A stretch of DNA of 64,000 nt from Takakia lepidozioides (lineage: Eukaryota > Plantae > Bryophyta). Each line of letters starts with the position of its first letter. Position 1 is the stretch's first letter. The stretch is taken from contig CM060732.1 of NCBI GenBank assembly GCA_030704615.1, positions 26,288,001-26,352,000 of the forward strand, written 5' to 3'. Below, in pieces: positions 24,335-38,664 of the stretch. The notes beneath the pieces were generated by a model, which was not told the DNA's origin, did no database searches, and worked only from the letters and a program-made list of their open reading frames with translations. The translations under genes and the position numbers were made by a program.

Positions 24335-27300
24335 ATGGCAAGATACAATGGTGCTGCAGCCATGGAAGTGCGGCAGCATGTAGGAGGAGCTCTCACATCT
24401 TATCCACTCCAGCAGTTTGGCTCACAGGTGGCAAATAGCAGCGAAAACCTGCTGACCCCACTTTCGATTCCTAGCCCATCTCCATCCATTGATCTTAGCA
24501 GCCTAAATCCCTCCTTTCCTTCCGGTATAACATCCGACTTTGCTTCTTCTTTCTTTGATTCGTCATCCCAGAATTCATTTGGATGCACCATGGGGTCTGC
24601 CACTCTCATCCCTCTTTCACAATCCCAAGGCATGCCGCCAAATGGGATGATGAATGGTCAGTCGCTGCCAGCCGATGAGTGGTCAGGCACAACAAATACA
24701 GGGCCAGGAACCCCTAGCCCCCAGCAGCAGCAACAAGGTATTCAAATTGTGCAAGGCCAGGTGCCTTCTTCCCAGGTTGCCTTTCAGTCCTCCAAACAAC
24801 AATTTGTACTTGAAGGAGGACGGTTGACTGCGGGCTCACAGGCTGTGCAGGATGCAATGGTTGGGAAATTGGGGATGAACCGATATCAAGGAGGACTGGG
24901 CACAAATCAGCCATCTGGGGGGGGCCAGGGATGCAACCCGCAGGGGGTTCAGTCTTTCCAGGGGGCATCACAGGGTGCAGCCTCTACTGTCTGCCTACAA
25001 GGTACTTCGCAAAAGCAGCAGGCTGAGCTGCAGGCAACAGAAGGGACAATTGCCGTTAAATGTGAATATCCAGGTATGAAAGTGGTGAAGTCTGAATATC
25101 CAGGTATGGATGGGGTAAAAACAGAGTATATGTCTCAGGAGTCCTTATCACAAGCTGCCTCTGTTAGAACTCCTCAAGATTCAGCATGTGAAGAGGCAAA
25201 CTTCCCAGGAGTTACGTCATCCAATCACCAGTCAGATTTTGAAGGGGGCCAGATGAGCAACCAACAGTCGTTGTTGGATGGAGGTACCAATGCTTCCCAT
25301 CTTGGGCCACTACAAGGACAATCAGCAGGCTTGGCTCATTCCCCCAGTTTCCAGGGAGGGGAGATGGGAAACCCACAGTTAGCCTACCAGGGTGGGTTGC
25401 AATCATCTAGCCTTCAGCATCCTAATTTTGAACGGGGACAGCAAATGCTTAATCGGTTGCATTCAAATGCCCATGGTGGGCAACAGTTAGCCCAAAACAT
25501 GTACCAGGGTCAGCAAGGGACACTTCAATCAATTCGTCACTTAAGTTTGCAAGTGCCAACAGCAAATCAAGCTGCACTTCAAGCTCAGGTGCTGGCTGGG
25601 CAGCAAGCAGGGTTCTCGGGGCAGAGCAATGGCCATCTTCCGCCTTACCAAGGTCGTACGGCCTCCAAACAAGTACTTCTCCAAATGCAGGCCTCCAACA
25701 ATCACCTTTCTTCCTACCAGGCTCAGGTCAATGTTTCTATTATTGAAATATAGCAACTGTCCTGTCAGAAGTACATGATGGAGTTCCTTGTTATGTCCAA
25801 TAAAATTGCTCTTTTAGAGGTGCTGCATTAGTTGCTGCTGTCCATGTGCAGCACTTGTAGATATGACACAACTATGAATACGACTCCTTTGTGAGTAATA
25901 TGAGATTTGGTGAATCAGCATCTGTGAAATTATATTGAAGTTTTGGTGTGTACATTCATTTGGAACAGCTCCATGCACAAGCACAAGCACAAGCTCAGGC
26001 ACATGCACATGCACAAGCCCAGGCTCAGGCACAAGCATTGTCGCAAGCACATGCACAGGCCCAAGCAACCAATCAGCAAGTAGCACTACAGCAAGCAGTG
26101 GCGAATCAAGCAGCAATGATGCAAGCACGGCAAGCACAGCAGGCAGGGGTGGGATCCCAACAACAGCTTTTGTTCCACACTGGTCAGCAGCCTCCATTTC
26201 CATCAGTCCAAGCTCAAGCATTTCAGGTCAGTTTGAAGGTCCATTAATAAGAGAGGCAGCAATTACACCATTCAAGACAACAGAGGGTAACAGACATAGG
26301 TGGGATGCAGAATGTGGTTTTACCCTGTCTATAGGAAGAGATTCACACGAGAGTTCTTATTGGATCATGGACGTTGGCCTAAAATTACCCTTCTCTCGTG
26401 GGGCTTCTTTGGAATCAAGGGAGACAATGTGTCACATAAATTCATTCATCAGTGGAAGGTGTGCTTTTGAGGGATGGAAACAAGAAGGGAGACAGAATTG
26501 AGTACTTTGGTTGCAAGCATGACGTGTTCTTGGGAACTATTTAGTCAATCATTGCCTGTGTTGCTTATGTCACTGGTATAACTTAGCAGGTTGCTCTCGT
26601 AATATGCAATTTGGGGTTCTTTGATCCAGAGTTGTACCATGTACTCAAATGACAGGCACCTTCCTGATCGGGGTGCATCAGGTGACAAATAACCAAGGCT
26701 TGCAGTTGAATGGAGCCACACAGCAGATGTTTGCCCAGATGCAGCCAAGGATTCAAAATCAGCTGTTACAGGGGCTAAAGCTTGGAGGTCGCCAACTTCT
26801 ACATGCACCATCCACAGGGGCAGGCGGGTTTGCAGGAGGGGCCATGGATGGTGGATTTCTCAACCCAATGTCGGCGGCAGTTGCCTCGGACTGTAATCAT
26901 GTGATCATGCTTTACCTCCAAGAACAAAGGAAGCGACCACTAGTAAGTTTTCTTCTGCCAGAGGATTGTGAAATATCACTTAAGACTTGTATACTTCTTT
27001 CTCTTGACAATTTATATAGGCCTTTCATTCATGTCATCCATCAACATTGTACATGTGTTGTGTCCAGAACATATGTTGGGTTTGCGGCTTTTCCGTGACC
27101 ACACTGTTTGTTCTGTCAGTGCCAATCAAAGTTGGAAATTGACTCCAAGTATCAGTTCTTCGACTCCACGGAACCGAGGATCGTGTGATGTCTAGTTACA
27201 CATAAGTGTATGAGCTCACTGTTGTGTGTTACTTGTATTGGTTAAATCCAAAATTATGGACGGGAGGTCATAAAAGGTAAATTCATGGGAATCCTCAATC

Positions 27301-30300
27301 AAAAAGATACAGGTCCTCAACTGTAATCTACAATCTGGTGCGTTTTTCTGTTGTGGGCCTGTAACAGAGCAAGCATCTTACTTTTTACAAGTTTCCAAGC
27401 AGGGATTTCTTTGCCAACACACTGTTTTGAAAACTCATTTTTGAGAGAGATTACTTTTAGGTGAGGCCCTGGTGCATGAGCTTTATGGTAGGTCCAGGTG
27501 CAACTTCTGCATTTTTATTGGGCTGATGCATAGGATGTTGGAAATAAGCAGGACAACAACATAGCATTTTGGATGAATCTAGTTCGCGACTTTTTTGAGC
27601 TGGGAGCACTGAAACGCTGGTGCCTGAGTAGTTACAACACATCTCCAGTTGGTCGCCACGCCCAGGGTCTCTTCCCCATGGTTAGTTTCTTACAATTGGT
27701 ACCTTACCTATTGGTGAAGCATAATCTGCCTCCGATATGGCTGTGTTGGTTCTATTAGTTACAACATTTGCGAGAGCACATGAGGAGACATGATAGCCAC
27801 ACGCTTTAAGGATTAACAAGGGTGCAGTGGTGAACACTATGGTCAAAATTGTGAAAACTTTTGAAATCCACTACAGCCTTCTTAACCGTGAATCTAACTC
27901 CAATAGAGTTTCAAACAGCTCAACGCAAAGCTTTGTATCCAACTCACTTTTTCTGCTGCAGAGGGAGTAATACTCAAGTTAGAATTGACCCTGCTAGATG
28001 AAGCTGACTTGGAGGCTGAAGTGTCTAAGGCGATGATGTCGGAAGCACAAAGATGTCCAAACAAAACGAAGTTAGGCATAAAAAACTCAGGGCAGGGAGT
28101 TTACCTTTGAACACTATAGACATGTGAGAGGAAAGGGAGATTGTCACTCCCCGATGTGCAGGCAGCCATTTTCTGATACAATGCCCGGGGTATTCTCATC
28201 ACAGAGTAACCCCCTTCAGGACCATCAAGAACGTAGTCCCTGCACCCCTGTCCACCAACTTGCAAAATCTCGAGGCTGAGCCTAAAGCCCCGTACCCTGT
28301 TGGGGTCTAATTGCTGTGAAGCTCACACATAGCAGATTGATGCTTGTGTGAAGGGCTTTCTAGAGGAAATCTGGAAAGCCCAAACCAATTGTTTGTACCA
28401 AGGTAAGTCCCACTACTGGAGTGAGCCCCTTACAAAGGTGGTATCTGTTCCCTCTTGTTCCCTCCAAACTGTGCGCGCGGTCTATGGCCACAAGGCTACA
28501 CCAAACAACAACATCATCTTTCTTCCTGAGCCTGGTGTATTCTATGATTACAATGCTAAACTATGTCTTGACGTAGTCTTCCTGTGACACAAAAACTCAG
28601 TAGCTCTGCACCCTTCATGGGGAACTGATGAAATCAGTGAAGAGTTATAACAGCTGGTCACTGAATGTAATGGATTCCTCTCATACACTTGGATTGACTC
28701 TCCAAGTTATGAGAAAACAATTGCTGAGTTCCTTCTTTTTGTCTGTCGTGGGGCCTACACACGTTCATCTTTGAATGTTCTTCTTTACCTTGGATGTGTC
28801 TATACCATATTATCTTTTGTTCCCTCTTAAATTTGAGTTCAGAATTTTACCAGGCACATCAATATATCCACATCTATACATGGTAATACTTAGTTAATAC
28901 CTACTTCCAATTTAGCACCTACCTTTTTCCACAGCAGAGGATCTTGCGTGCAGTGGCTTTCCTGTTTTAGTGGTGAGAGTGTGTTATTATTGCAGGAGTT
29001 TTGGTTCTGTAATCTTTGCGGTGTGCAACCTGGCCGAGGATTTGGTATGTGTGACTACCTTTCTTTGAGTTTATTCACTTGATTGTCTATTCTGGCATGT
29101 TAGCATACAGTAGCTTTGCTTCATGTATGTTCAGTGTCTGTATACAATGACTTGGGATCTCAATCTTCCCTTGCAGCAAGGCATTTGCTCTGCTATAGGA
29201 GTGGGAAGCCCTGATCCTGAGAGCTGGTGTTAAGCACTAGCATTGAAAACTGTTCTGGATTCCTGTAATAGAGGCGTGTCATAAGTCTTCTGGTTACTTG
29301 ACATGCTTGAATATTTTCAAAGTTGTTGATCAGCCATTTACAGTTGACTCTTTTTCGTGGTTGATTGTTAATGTCTAGAACTTGTCAAATTTTGAAACAG
29401 AGTCAAGCACAGATGTGCTGCCCCGACTTTTCAAGATCAAGTACGACAGTGGGCTATTAGATGAGCTTCTCTTTTTGGATCTAGCTGAAGAGTACGTACC
29501 TCAGGCTTGCTTTCTGTCTGTCCCAGTCTTGTCTCCTGGACCAAAAATTTTTAGCTGTTGATTGCTGCTCTTACCAGATTGATTTTCCTAGGTAGGCTCC
29601 TGAATGAGTCCCACAAGTTATGTTTGCAATCTACAGCTGCTGGCTTTTTTTCTTACATGAGAATTTATACTTACAGCTGCGGGACTGAGTAGATGGTCAA
29701 AGGAGATCGTTATAATACTCTGATCATGCTGAAAGTCAAACCAAGGAGCTGTAAGAATCATTTCAATGGTTGCAAGTTAGACCAGATTCTTGGAGTGCTT
29801 CTGCATGGCATGTTTGCAGGAGAGGGATACTTCTAAGCTCATAATGTGTCTGGGTGTATAGGAAATATGTGCTACCTTCTGGAAAGATGGTACTGGAATA
29901 TTCAAGGGCGGTGCATGAGTCAATCTTTCCAGAATTGCGGGTAGGAGATTACCTAGTATCAATTTTTGTTCTATGTTGATGTCCCCCCGATTGCCTGCAA
30001 ATTTGTAGCATTCATGAAAGTAGGCCCAGTTGTGCTTTGAGTGCTTAGACTATGATTGAGGTTTGTGGTATGAAGTTCCAGGCATAGATGAGCATAACAA
30101 GTGCCTTATGAGGGCCACCCATTCACATAAGGCTGTCTTCCATAAACTAATTTTGCTATGGACTTGTTGTTTTTAAGATAGCATTGACTTGAACAAATCC
30201 ATGTAATCTACAGGTAGTAAGATATGGGAAGCTTCGTGTGACATTCAGCCCCTCTTTCAAGGTGAGTAGTGACCTGCTTGACCTAAATGATGCCCTGTTT

Positions 30301-33300
30301 CACAATCATGACTTGATATCCATTAGGTTTCTGGGAGCGCAAAGTTCATCCTGACATACATGAAAATATTTTGCACCGTGCTTTGAAATGTGCTCATCTT
30401 CCCAAGTGTATGTTTTTTATACCAAAAACTTGTCATTATCCATACACAGATCCAGGCCTGGGAGTTCTGCACAAAGGGTCATGAAGAGGTGGTGCCCTGC
30501 AAAAATCTTCTCCAACAGGTTCTTGACATACTGCCCCCTAAAGAAGTCTACGTTTTCCAAGGCTCAAGAGTCTGTTAGGACAAATCTATTTCTTGCTGGC
30601 ACTGTCTGCAATATCTTGCAAACATATGCTTAGGAGAAGTAATTGGGCAGATTGTATGTCTAGAGATTGTATCCGGAGCTCTTTCAGTCATTTTGTGTGT
30701 GGATTATTTCATCTTGGCTTGTCAGGGAAGAGATTGGGATGTTAAGATGTTGGTAAAATGATTCAGCTTGGTCGTGGGCTTGCCTGACAACAGGCACATC
30801 AACTAGCCAGTCTGGTCATGGAGGCTGAGCAGGAAGACTTTGATAAGAGTATTGAGAACCTCACCAAACACTGCAACGCGTGCGTACCCTTACTACCTGT
30901 CTAGCCTGTTAGTAGAGTATACATGCTATTTAATACCATCACTGTCTGGTTTACCAGATTGTCCAGCACTCAACCCATGGTTATTTGAGAACGAGCCTGT
31001 ATCATGGTGAGCTTGTGTGCATTGACAGTCCAAAATGCAGTCCATGCATTAATTCTTATAACTATAGGTTTGTGACTGCATCAGCTGCGTCAATCTTCAA
31101 CCAGTGCCTGAGGCACATCAACTAGCGTGTGGGTGGATATACATGACGGAACAAATGTTAGAGAAGGGTAGTACCTTTTCGCCAATTGTACCTCTTCTCC
31201 AGTAGGGACAGGGAATGTGGAGAGGCTTAACGGCCAGTGATTTGCAGAGCAGACCACTCTATGCATGGCCAACACGGACAATGGCCGAGAGAGATTTACT
31301 TGTTGACTGAAATGTGGCTATGACATACCATCCCTGCTGGGTCGAGTGGTAGGGCTTCATCCTACTAGTGTATAAGAACCTCACAGGATGTTTGAATGAG
31401 GTTGTGCCTGGGTTTACTATATGAGTCATTGTGGTTACCTCTTTCTCAAAGGGTAACCTGACTACCACCCAAAGTCAACATAATTAGAGGAAACCACATC
31501 AAATGTCCCGGGGGGGGCCAAGTGCAAAGTAGACAAGTAGAACCTATCAGAGAGAGTACAGAACTCTCTGGACCACTGTCCACTCAGCCTGCACGCTGTG
31601 TTTATCTATTGCCTGGTTGTCTGGACCAGCATTTCTTCACTTGCCAGCTCCTCTGTGGATTTCCTGTTTGTTCTAGGGTACCCTTTCCTGCTACCGAAAA
31701 GAGAGAGAGAAAACTTCTTAACATTTACAGAGTGAGGCAGAGGTGAAACACATCGATGATCAGGGATTTAACAAGAGAGTAAAGGTGCAGGTTTACGTCA
31801 ACAGCTAGACAGCTGGCGGTCAAGCTGGATGCTCCCATGGTCAATGACCTTGGCTTCTCCAAGCGTTATGTTCGTTGTTTGCAGGTATGTACTTGTTCAG
31901 TTAACAATGTACTCAACTGCTTTGCTTGATTGATCTCTTACAGCATCAGACATTTGAATCAACAAATACACCCAAAAAAAAGTGCTTCGCCACAGGGGTG
32001 TTTATTGCTGGTCAGGTCAACCATTGATATGTTCCTAATGGTTGCAGATCTCAGAAGTGGTGAACAGTATGAAGGACCTTATTTCATTTGAGAAGAAGAC
32101 TGGGCTGGGACCCATAGGTATGTTTTTCCTCTGACCAGGAGCCAAATTCCAAGTTCCATCTCTGCAAGATGTTTGTTGATTTCATGTGCAGTTTTGAATG
32201 GTGTACTTGGACTAGTTCTCACACTGCATGCCCCCCTCCCCCCATTTCCTTCCCCTCTCTCTCTCTAGAACTGTACGTGCAAGCCTCACATCAAGTCTTG
32301 TAACTTGAGAAGAAGGAAAACCTGGAAATTTTTTCTTGCTCCGACCCTTAACTTCTCTCCACCTTAAAAGAGAAGTGGAGCAATGGTGGTTGCTAATGCT
32401 CCAAAGTTACCTAAGCCACTTCATGGCTGGCAGAGGTCCAGCTGAAAGGGTTTTGGCTGTTGAAAAGAATATATCACAGAGGGACACTGCCCAAAGATTA
32501 GAACATGTGGATCTGGGAGTCATCTTCCTAGGCAAATAACAACAATATCTACGAGAAGCTGCTTTTAGCTTTTCATTTTGTAGGTTTTGGTTTTGGCTTC
32601 AGTTTTTCAAAGACAGAAGGGAAGGCATTTAAGCTCAGAAAGAGCTTCAGCAGCTTTGGGACAGACCTTGAAAATGACATGATGGGTTTCAATTGTGGGT
32701 TTTCTGGCAGAGAGCTTGGCCAGGTTTCCAAGTGCTCGGAAGCTGCAACGGGATGGTGTGCTATCAGGCTTGCCATCGCAACCATCACTCACACAAATGA
32801 TCAATCATCTTACACAAGGATCCCCTCATCTCTCCTCTGGTTCCTATGGACAACAACCGGCTACACTTGCACGACTTTCCAGCGGGCAGGGCCTTCTTTC
32901 GGGCCAACAACTGGCCAGTACCCAGCTGCAAGGGCACCTTCTAAGTCAAGGAGCTCTCTCTCAGGTCCATCGGGATCCAGCAATGGCAAAGCTTGCCCAG
33001 CTCTCTAACCAGTTGCAGACACAGCTTCGCAGCCAAATGGATGCTCGCAGTTTTGGGTTGATCCAAGCTGGGCAGGCTATGCAGCCACCAGCTTCGCCTC
33101 ACTTACTTGGAAACTCACAAGTGCATCCCAGCAACTCTTTCTCTGGAAACATACTTCCCCAGCCACAGACTCAGCTCAATGGCCAGGCAATGCTGCAGCT
33201 GCAGGGACAGACAGTTGGCAACTCGCAGGTACATACTGCAAATGTTCTTTCCGGCAACTCCCTCTCACTTTCTGGAAACCCAATCCAGTTGCAACTCAAT

Positions 33301-33567
33301 CATGCACAGGCACTTTCTCAGCTTCAGGGGCAGTCAACACTCACCCAGATTTCATCACCAGTGCTTGGTGGGGGCCAGCAGTCGCCCAATTTTAACCAGC
33401 TTTCTCAACCTGCCTTCAGTCAAACGCTTACCAAGCAGCTAGCACCGCAACCCGGAAGTCAAGTCCATTCACAGTCACGTTCTCTCAACCAAACAGGTGG
33501 CGGGGGTCAGCAAAGCCTCCCAGGAACTCCTCAAAGTGAGATAAGTGACCTGAGGTCAAACACATAG
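24335..33567 (+). CDS. SEU: SEUSS/SLK-family transcriptional co-regulator (LIM-binding domain, Q-rich); 13 exons: 24335-25726, 25969-26226, 26682-26942, 27552-27680, 28996-29044, 29401-29491, 29862-29940, 30214-30261, 30450-30518, 30794-30879, 31791-31884, 32048-32117, 32711-33567; about 1160 aa
   Basis: DNNIAFW, KRWCLS, FCNLCGVQPGRGFE, VLPRLFKIKYDSG, WEFCTKGHEE, VNDLGFSKRYVRCLQ|ISEVVNSMKDLI, GPIESLARFP match the SEUSS LDB domain. Exon phases are consistent. Confidence 0.92.
27980..28515 (+). mobile_element. RTE-like LINE 3' fragment in SEUSS intron 4
   Basis: LTLLDEADLEAEVSKAM and ACVKGFLEEIWKA segments shared with the other copies; ends in ggctacaccaaacaacaacatc. Confidence 0.7.
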
Positions 33568-34823
33568 TGATGTTTGGGTTGCATTGCATTATCGAGAGTC
33601 CTCCGTTGCCCGCTGATTTTGTGGGCTTTGTACAGTGGAGGAATTTTGTGGCTTTTCCCCATTGACTGCTTAAAATGGGTTTCTCTTCGCAGTCCACCAG
33701 AGCTCCAAGAAGGCTCTGGCTTGGCCGACTTGTGCTTCAGATAGACATGTTATTGAGCAAGCTGGGTCATGTACCAGTTTTTGGGATAATGGATTAAGTT
33801 GCCAGGGACTAGGGGCTGGCTTATTGTAACTTGGCTGTATTATTGAACTTCCTTAAAGGACATCGCCGCCTAGTTCCTCACAAAAAGATAGTGGGGTTCA
33901 AATTTTGGACATAACCATCAGAACAGGCTCAGGTTGAAACCTTAGGAGCAAGGAATAAAACTTTGGTACAATTGACCCTTTTAGTGGGGCGAAATGGTCT
34001 CAATAAGAAACTCGAGCAATTTGGGGCCACTGTTTGGCCTTTTGCTGTCCTGCCATTTAAAATTCTGTAAGATAGAGGAAGACTGTCCTCAATACAAGAG
34101 TCACTTCTCCGTTTTGTCATGTCTCAACAATTATTAGCTAGGTTCTTCTCCTGGAAGAGGGGGTTGGCATTGATCTTCTTGGACAGTAGTGGTGTTGTCA
34201 TCAGTAATGTCCTACACTCAGAGGTGGGTTTGTACATGCGATAAGACGGTGAGTAGTTCTGTGGGTAGTTGAAGGAGGGCAATCGTGGGGAACCCGAAGT
34301 GGTAGTCGGCCTGTTAACTGGATCTCTTGGCAGTACACAAGTCTCGAGACAGGAAGAGGGGGTGTTCTGCAGGTGCTGTGTTGTGGCTGATGTATTTGTA
34401 GAGAAGTAGAGGGGTAGTGTCTTGGGGTGATGTGAGACTGAGGAACTTAGGTATATCTGGCCCCTCTCCAATTTGGTTCTAAACTCCTAGTGGAACACTT
34501 GTTCTATCCACAATCATATTTGCTACCGGAGAAAGGAAGAATGTATGCCCTAAGTAAGACAATAGTCCCTGGTGTCATGGTCATGGGGTCATAGGGGAAG
34601 AGTTACTTCCAAGCCTGCATCATCGCCATGCCTCACAAGGCAACTTCACTTCTCCATGAGCAACTTTGCCACTTCCATGGGGTGCTAAAGAGTGTTTGAC
34701 TAAGAGGCTAGTAACGGTATGGTGGAGGAGTGTCCGATGATACTGTTAGAACAAGCCCACGAGGATGAGTAGGGTAGACCAAGACAATGTCCCTGGAGTG
34801 TTATCAAATATGTGAAAGGATGC

Positions 34824-37746
34824 TCAAGTGCCTGACCCTGCGGTGACATTGTAGGGTGACAATGACATTATGGGATGATTGTCAATACCAGATACAAGTT
34901 TGTGGATGTTTAGATGTTCATGCTTGACAGTACTGTTGCTTGCCTCTGTAGGTTCGGTTTCTAGAGTTTTTGGCCCACTCCCATTTTGTCCTAGGTTTGT
35001 AGCTGCAGGCCTGCCTTCCACAATGGATGTATGCACCTGGTTGTCAACCACAACGGAGCAGCACCCTGGCTCCTTTCCGACACCTCTGTCCTCCATAGAT
35101 TTTCTCACCTTTGCTTTATCGTCCCACCTGCCAACCTCAGCATAGATGTTTGATAGCAGCACATAAGGGGAAGCATGCTGTGGATTGCATTTCACAAGGT
35201 TTTTGGCTGCACGTTCTGCTGCATCCGTATCACCATGAATTCTACATGCACTAAGCATGGTGCCCCACACAAGATCACTTGGTTGAATCTTCATTTTGTT
35301 AATGAAGTCCTCTGCCTCATCCAATCGCCCTGCACGGCCAAGAAGATCCACCATGCAGCCAAAATGCTCCACAGTAGGAGTGAGGCCATGATCTGCACTC
35401 ATGGAATCAAAGTAGTGACGGCCTTCATCCACTAGGCCCCCATGGCTACATGCAGAGAGGAGACATACAAAGGTGACATCATTTGGCCTGAGGCCATCCT
35501 GTTGCATTTGTTCAAATAGTAGGACAGCCTTCCTACCACACCCATGCTGACCATATGCTGTGATCATCGCACTCCAGGAGACCACATTTCGTAGAGCCAT
35601 ATTATTGAACACTTGACGTGCATCCTCAACGCTCCCGCATTTGGAATACATGTCAAGTAAGGTATTCTCTAGAATAAGATCAGGCGCAATTCCAGCTTTG
35701 ATCATGTCTGCGTGGACCGCCTTGCCCTTTTCCAGGTCTGCCAGGCTAGCACACACATTGAGAATGCAACTGCACGTGACCTTGTTGGGCATCACCCCTT
35801 CCCTCATCATCTGCTCATAGATCTCCAAAGCCTCCGCACCAAACCCATGATGACCATATCCTGCAATCATCGCACTCCAGGAAACCACGTTTCTTTGAGC
35901 CATTTTGTCAAACACTCGACGTGCATCCTGAACACTACCACATTTTGAATACATGTCAAGTAGAGTATTCTCCAGAATGATATCGGGCTCAATTCCAGAT
36001 TTGATGATGTCAGCATGGACCTCATTGCCTTTTTCTAGGGATGCAAGGCTGGCACACACGTTGAGAACACAGGTGAATGTGACCTTGTCTGGTGTCACCC
36101 CTTCCTGTATCATTTGCTCATAAATCTCCAAAGCCTCCCTGCCACACCCATGCTTCGCATATCCTGCTATCATTATAGTACACGTAAACAACGTTCGTTC
36201 AGGCATATTGTCAAACACTTGGCGTGCGTCCACCACGCTCTTGCACTTGGCATACATGTTGACAAGGGTGTTGAGTAGAAAGATGCTCGGCTTAAATCCA
36301 CTTTTGAGAATGTGGTCATGCACCTGCCTTCCCTCTGCTAATCTTTTCATGTTGGTGCATGCCTGCAAGAGGCAAACATAAGTGTTGGAGTCTGCCAAAA
36401 TTCCTTGTTGGTTCAAAATGTGCAGCGCCTCTTTCACTTGTCCAGCCTTACATAGTGTCCTCACATCTCCACAAGTGCCAGAAGACGTCTTCTTGATTCC
36501 CTCTCTTGCTACTTTTTCATAAGGGGTCATTGTGGACAAGACCCTTTCAAGGAACCGTACCTGAAGCATCCCTGCCTTCCTGCAAGACTCAATCAGTTAC
36601 AAACCTTCACACTTAAACTCACATACTATACCCCAAACCTCCTAGATACTTCAGAGAAAGGTCTCCTCACAATTGCATGCTCATTTGCTCCAAAGTAATG
36701 GCTCCAGAACTACTTTGAGAACAAACTGTTCCATTTTAATATTCTTTTACAGCGGTTTCCTTAGAAACTAGCGATCCATAGTGTACATCAACTTTGAAAC
36801 CATCACAACATTGTGGTCGACCGGCCCATCACCTCTATGGGCAGGGAGTCAATATTGAGTCTGGATCAAGAGGAGATGTGACGGTGCCTGGAATAGACAG
36901 ATCCTCTCTTGCCAAGACAAGACAAGCCCTATCTCTCTCTGCATAGTGTAGGCTCAGGGCTATGCAGAAGTGCTCGAATCAACTGATAAGGCATACTGCT
37001 CCTTACTGTCAGGAGCGATATCTCCACATTTGGCTCGTGGAGGATTGCTATCGGCATATTGAAGCCCATGTTTGCAGGCAACCCTCAATGCAATACTCTC
37101 TCTCCCAGGCCTCCACATTAAGGAGTGAAATCGAATAGTGCCTCCGGGAACTTGAAACTGCATGTCTGCTAGACCCAATCTCACCTGGTGGATTTAAGCA
37201 AAAACCACCTATATACTCACAATGACTTGATCTTTACATAGCTTGTTGCTATTGAGGTTTGTTGATGGAGCCTTTTCAAGGCTGATGATGTCCTTTAATT
37301 AGAATCAATCTGATTCTTTTCTAGTCTTCCTCGTACACACGGACTCTCCATACAATGCATGCAATATATCACCATTGTACTAGTTGATGGATGGACGAGC
37401 GTATTAATCACGATCACACCCACGTTCCCTGTATAAACAAAGAAGGACCCGACAAAGTGTAGTTCCGGCGGATGGGCTAAGGCGAACATAGAGCAAGGAA
37501 TTCGGTGACACACAAATTAGAGCGCATGTATGTACCTTCCTTCGCTTTCCCTGCATTCTGGGGACCGCCCATAGCAATCCCTTCCAAATGTCTTGGGCCC
37601 GCCACCGCGAACGTGGATGCCCACATGAACTCCAAAGGCTGGGCAGCTAATCTGCTGGTTGATGTGAGGCCTCCCCGCTCCCCGAAGGAAGATGACAGGG
37701 AAGGCCGTGCCTCAGCGGCCATCCTCCTGAGCGCACGCGCTGCCAT
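34824..37746 (-). CDS. PLS-class pentatricopeptide repeat protein with E/E+ extension and no DYW domain; main exon about 36571-34824, probable transit-peptide exon 37746-37536
   Basis: Repeated P-L-S triplets (NVVSWSAMIAGY, PDKVTF, ENTLLDMYSKCGS), HFGCMVDLLGRAG, VWGTMLSACRIHG, YVLLSNIYA, KEPGCCS. The upstream exon MAARALRRMAA is Arg/Ala/Ser-rich and joins in frame only via the acceptor at 36571 (uncertain). Confidence 0.9.
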
Positions 37747-38664
37747 CGCTGTGCGCTACACTCTCTCTGCTCTCTACCGCACTCAGATTGCTCACAAGTA
37801 CTGGAATGGAAAACCTTCGTGCAGGTTGTGCGCACTAGTGCCTTTCCTTCCTGTCTAGCTCTCACCTTGTAAACTTGATGCACTAGACCTTGCAAACACG
37901 TTTCCGGCAGTTTCGCCTCCTCCGGCAGGTCCCCGGTCAAATCCTCCCCCACCCCTCTTATATCCTGGACTAACTATTAATGAAAAAAATTGAAACGGAA
38001 TCATCCGTTGTCCGACGGAGCCATGGACTACGTAGCCATGGAGGCAAGACCAGCTACGGGGTGTAGCCGGACACCAGCTGTGTCGAGACGCGGGACGAGG
38101 GATTCCCTGGTGTCCCACTATACCCTGTAGCCGGTCAAGCCTCCCCCTCTACCGGACATAACCGAGGTGGTGGTGGTGGGCTACAGTGGGTGACAGGCCT
38201 CCAAACCTCGGTTATGCAACCGGTTTCCAAGGCAAGGCTACGCAAAGGGTTTTGATTTTTAGCACCGTTACTCTTGATTTCGAATTAGTTCAAGCTGGAA
38301 TATTTCATCCATATATATAAACAAGATGAACAAGATAACTCTGGCCAGTTGGCATAACTAAGAGCCATTACTACCTTTGTTTAGGGTGGGTTCTATGAGA
38401 AAAAATATAAAATAAAATACCCACCTTTACGAAGTGAATGGTTGGTTTTATTTTTAAGTTTTCATCTGTTGGTGATGATGGTTGTGAGGGGTCCGATGGC
38501 TACACAAATGTCCTCCAGGGTATATCCTGTGGCCGGATACTCAATCTGATCGTGGAAGATCGGATCGGATTAATTTTATTAAGTTTATTTTGGGGAAAAA
38601 ATTTAAAACCCTTGCTTACACCATGAGGCACACACCGTAGTCAGTAAAAGACAAACAAGCATCT

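Noticed and set aside
28625-28645. ctgatga core suggesting a hammerhead ribozyme near an RTE copy
   Set aside because: No properly placed GAAA and no three flanking helices could be built.
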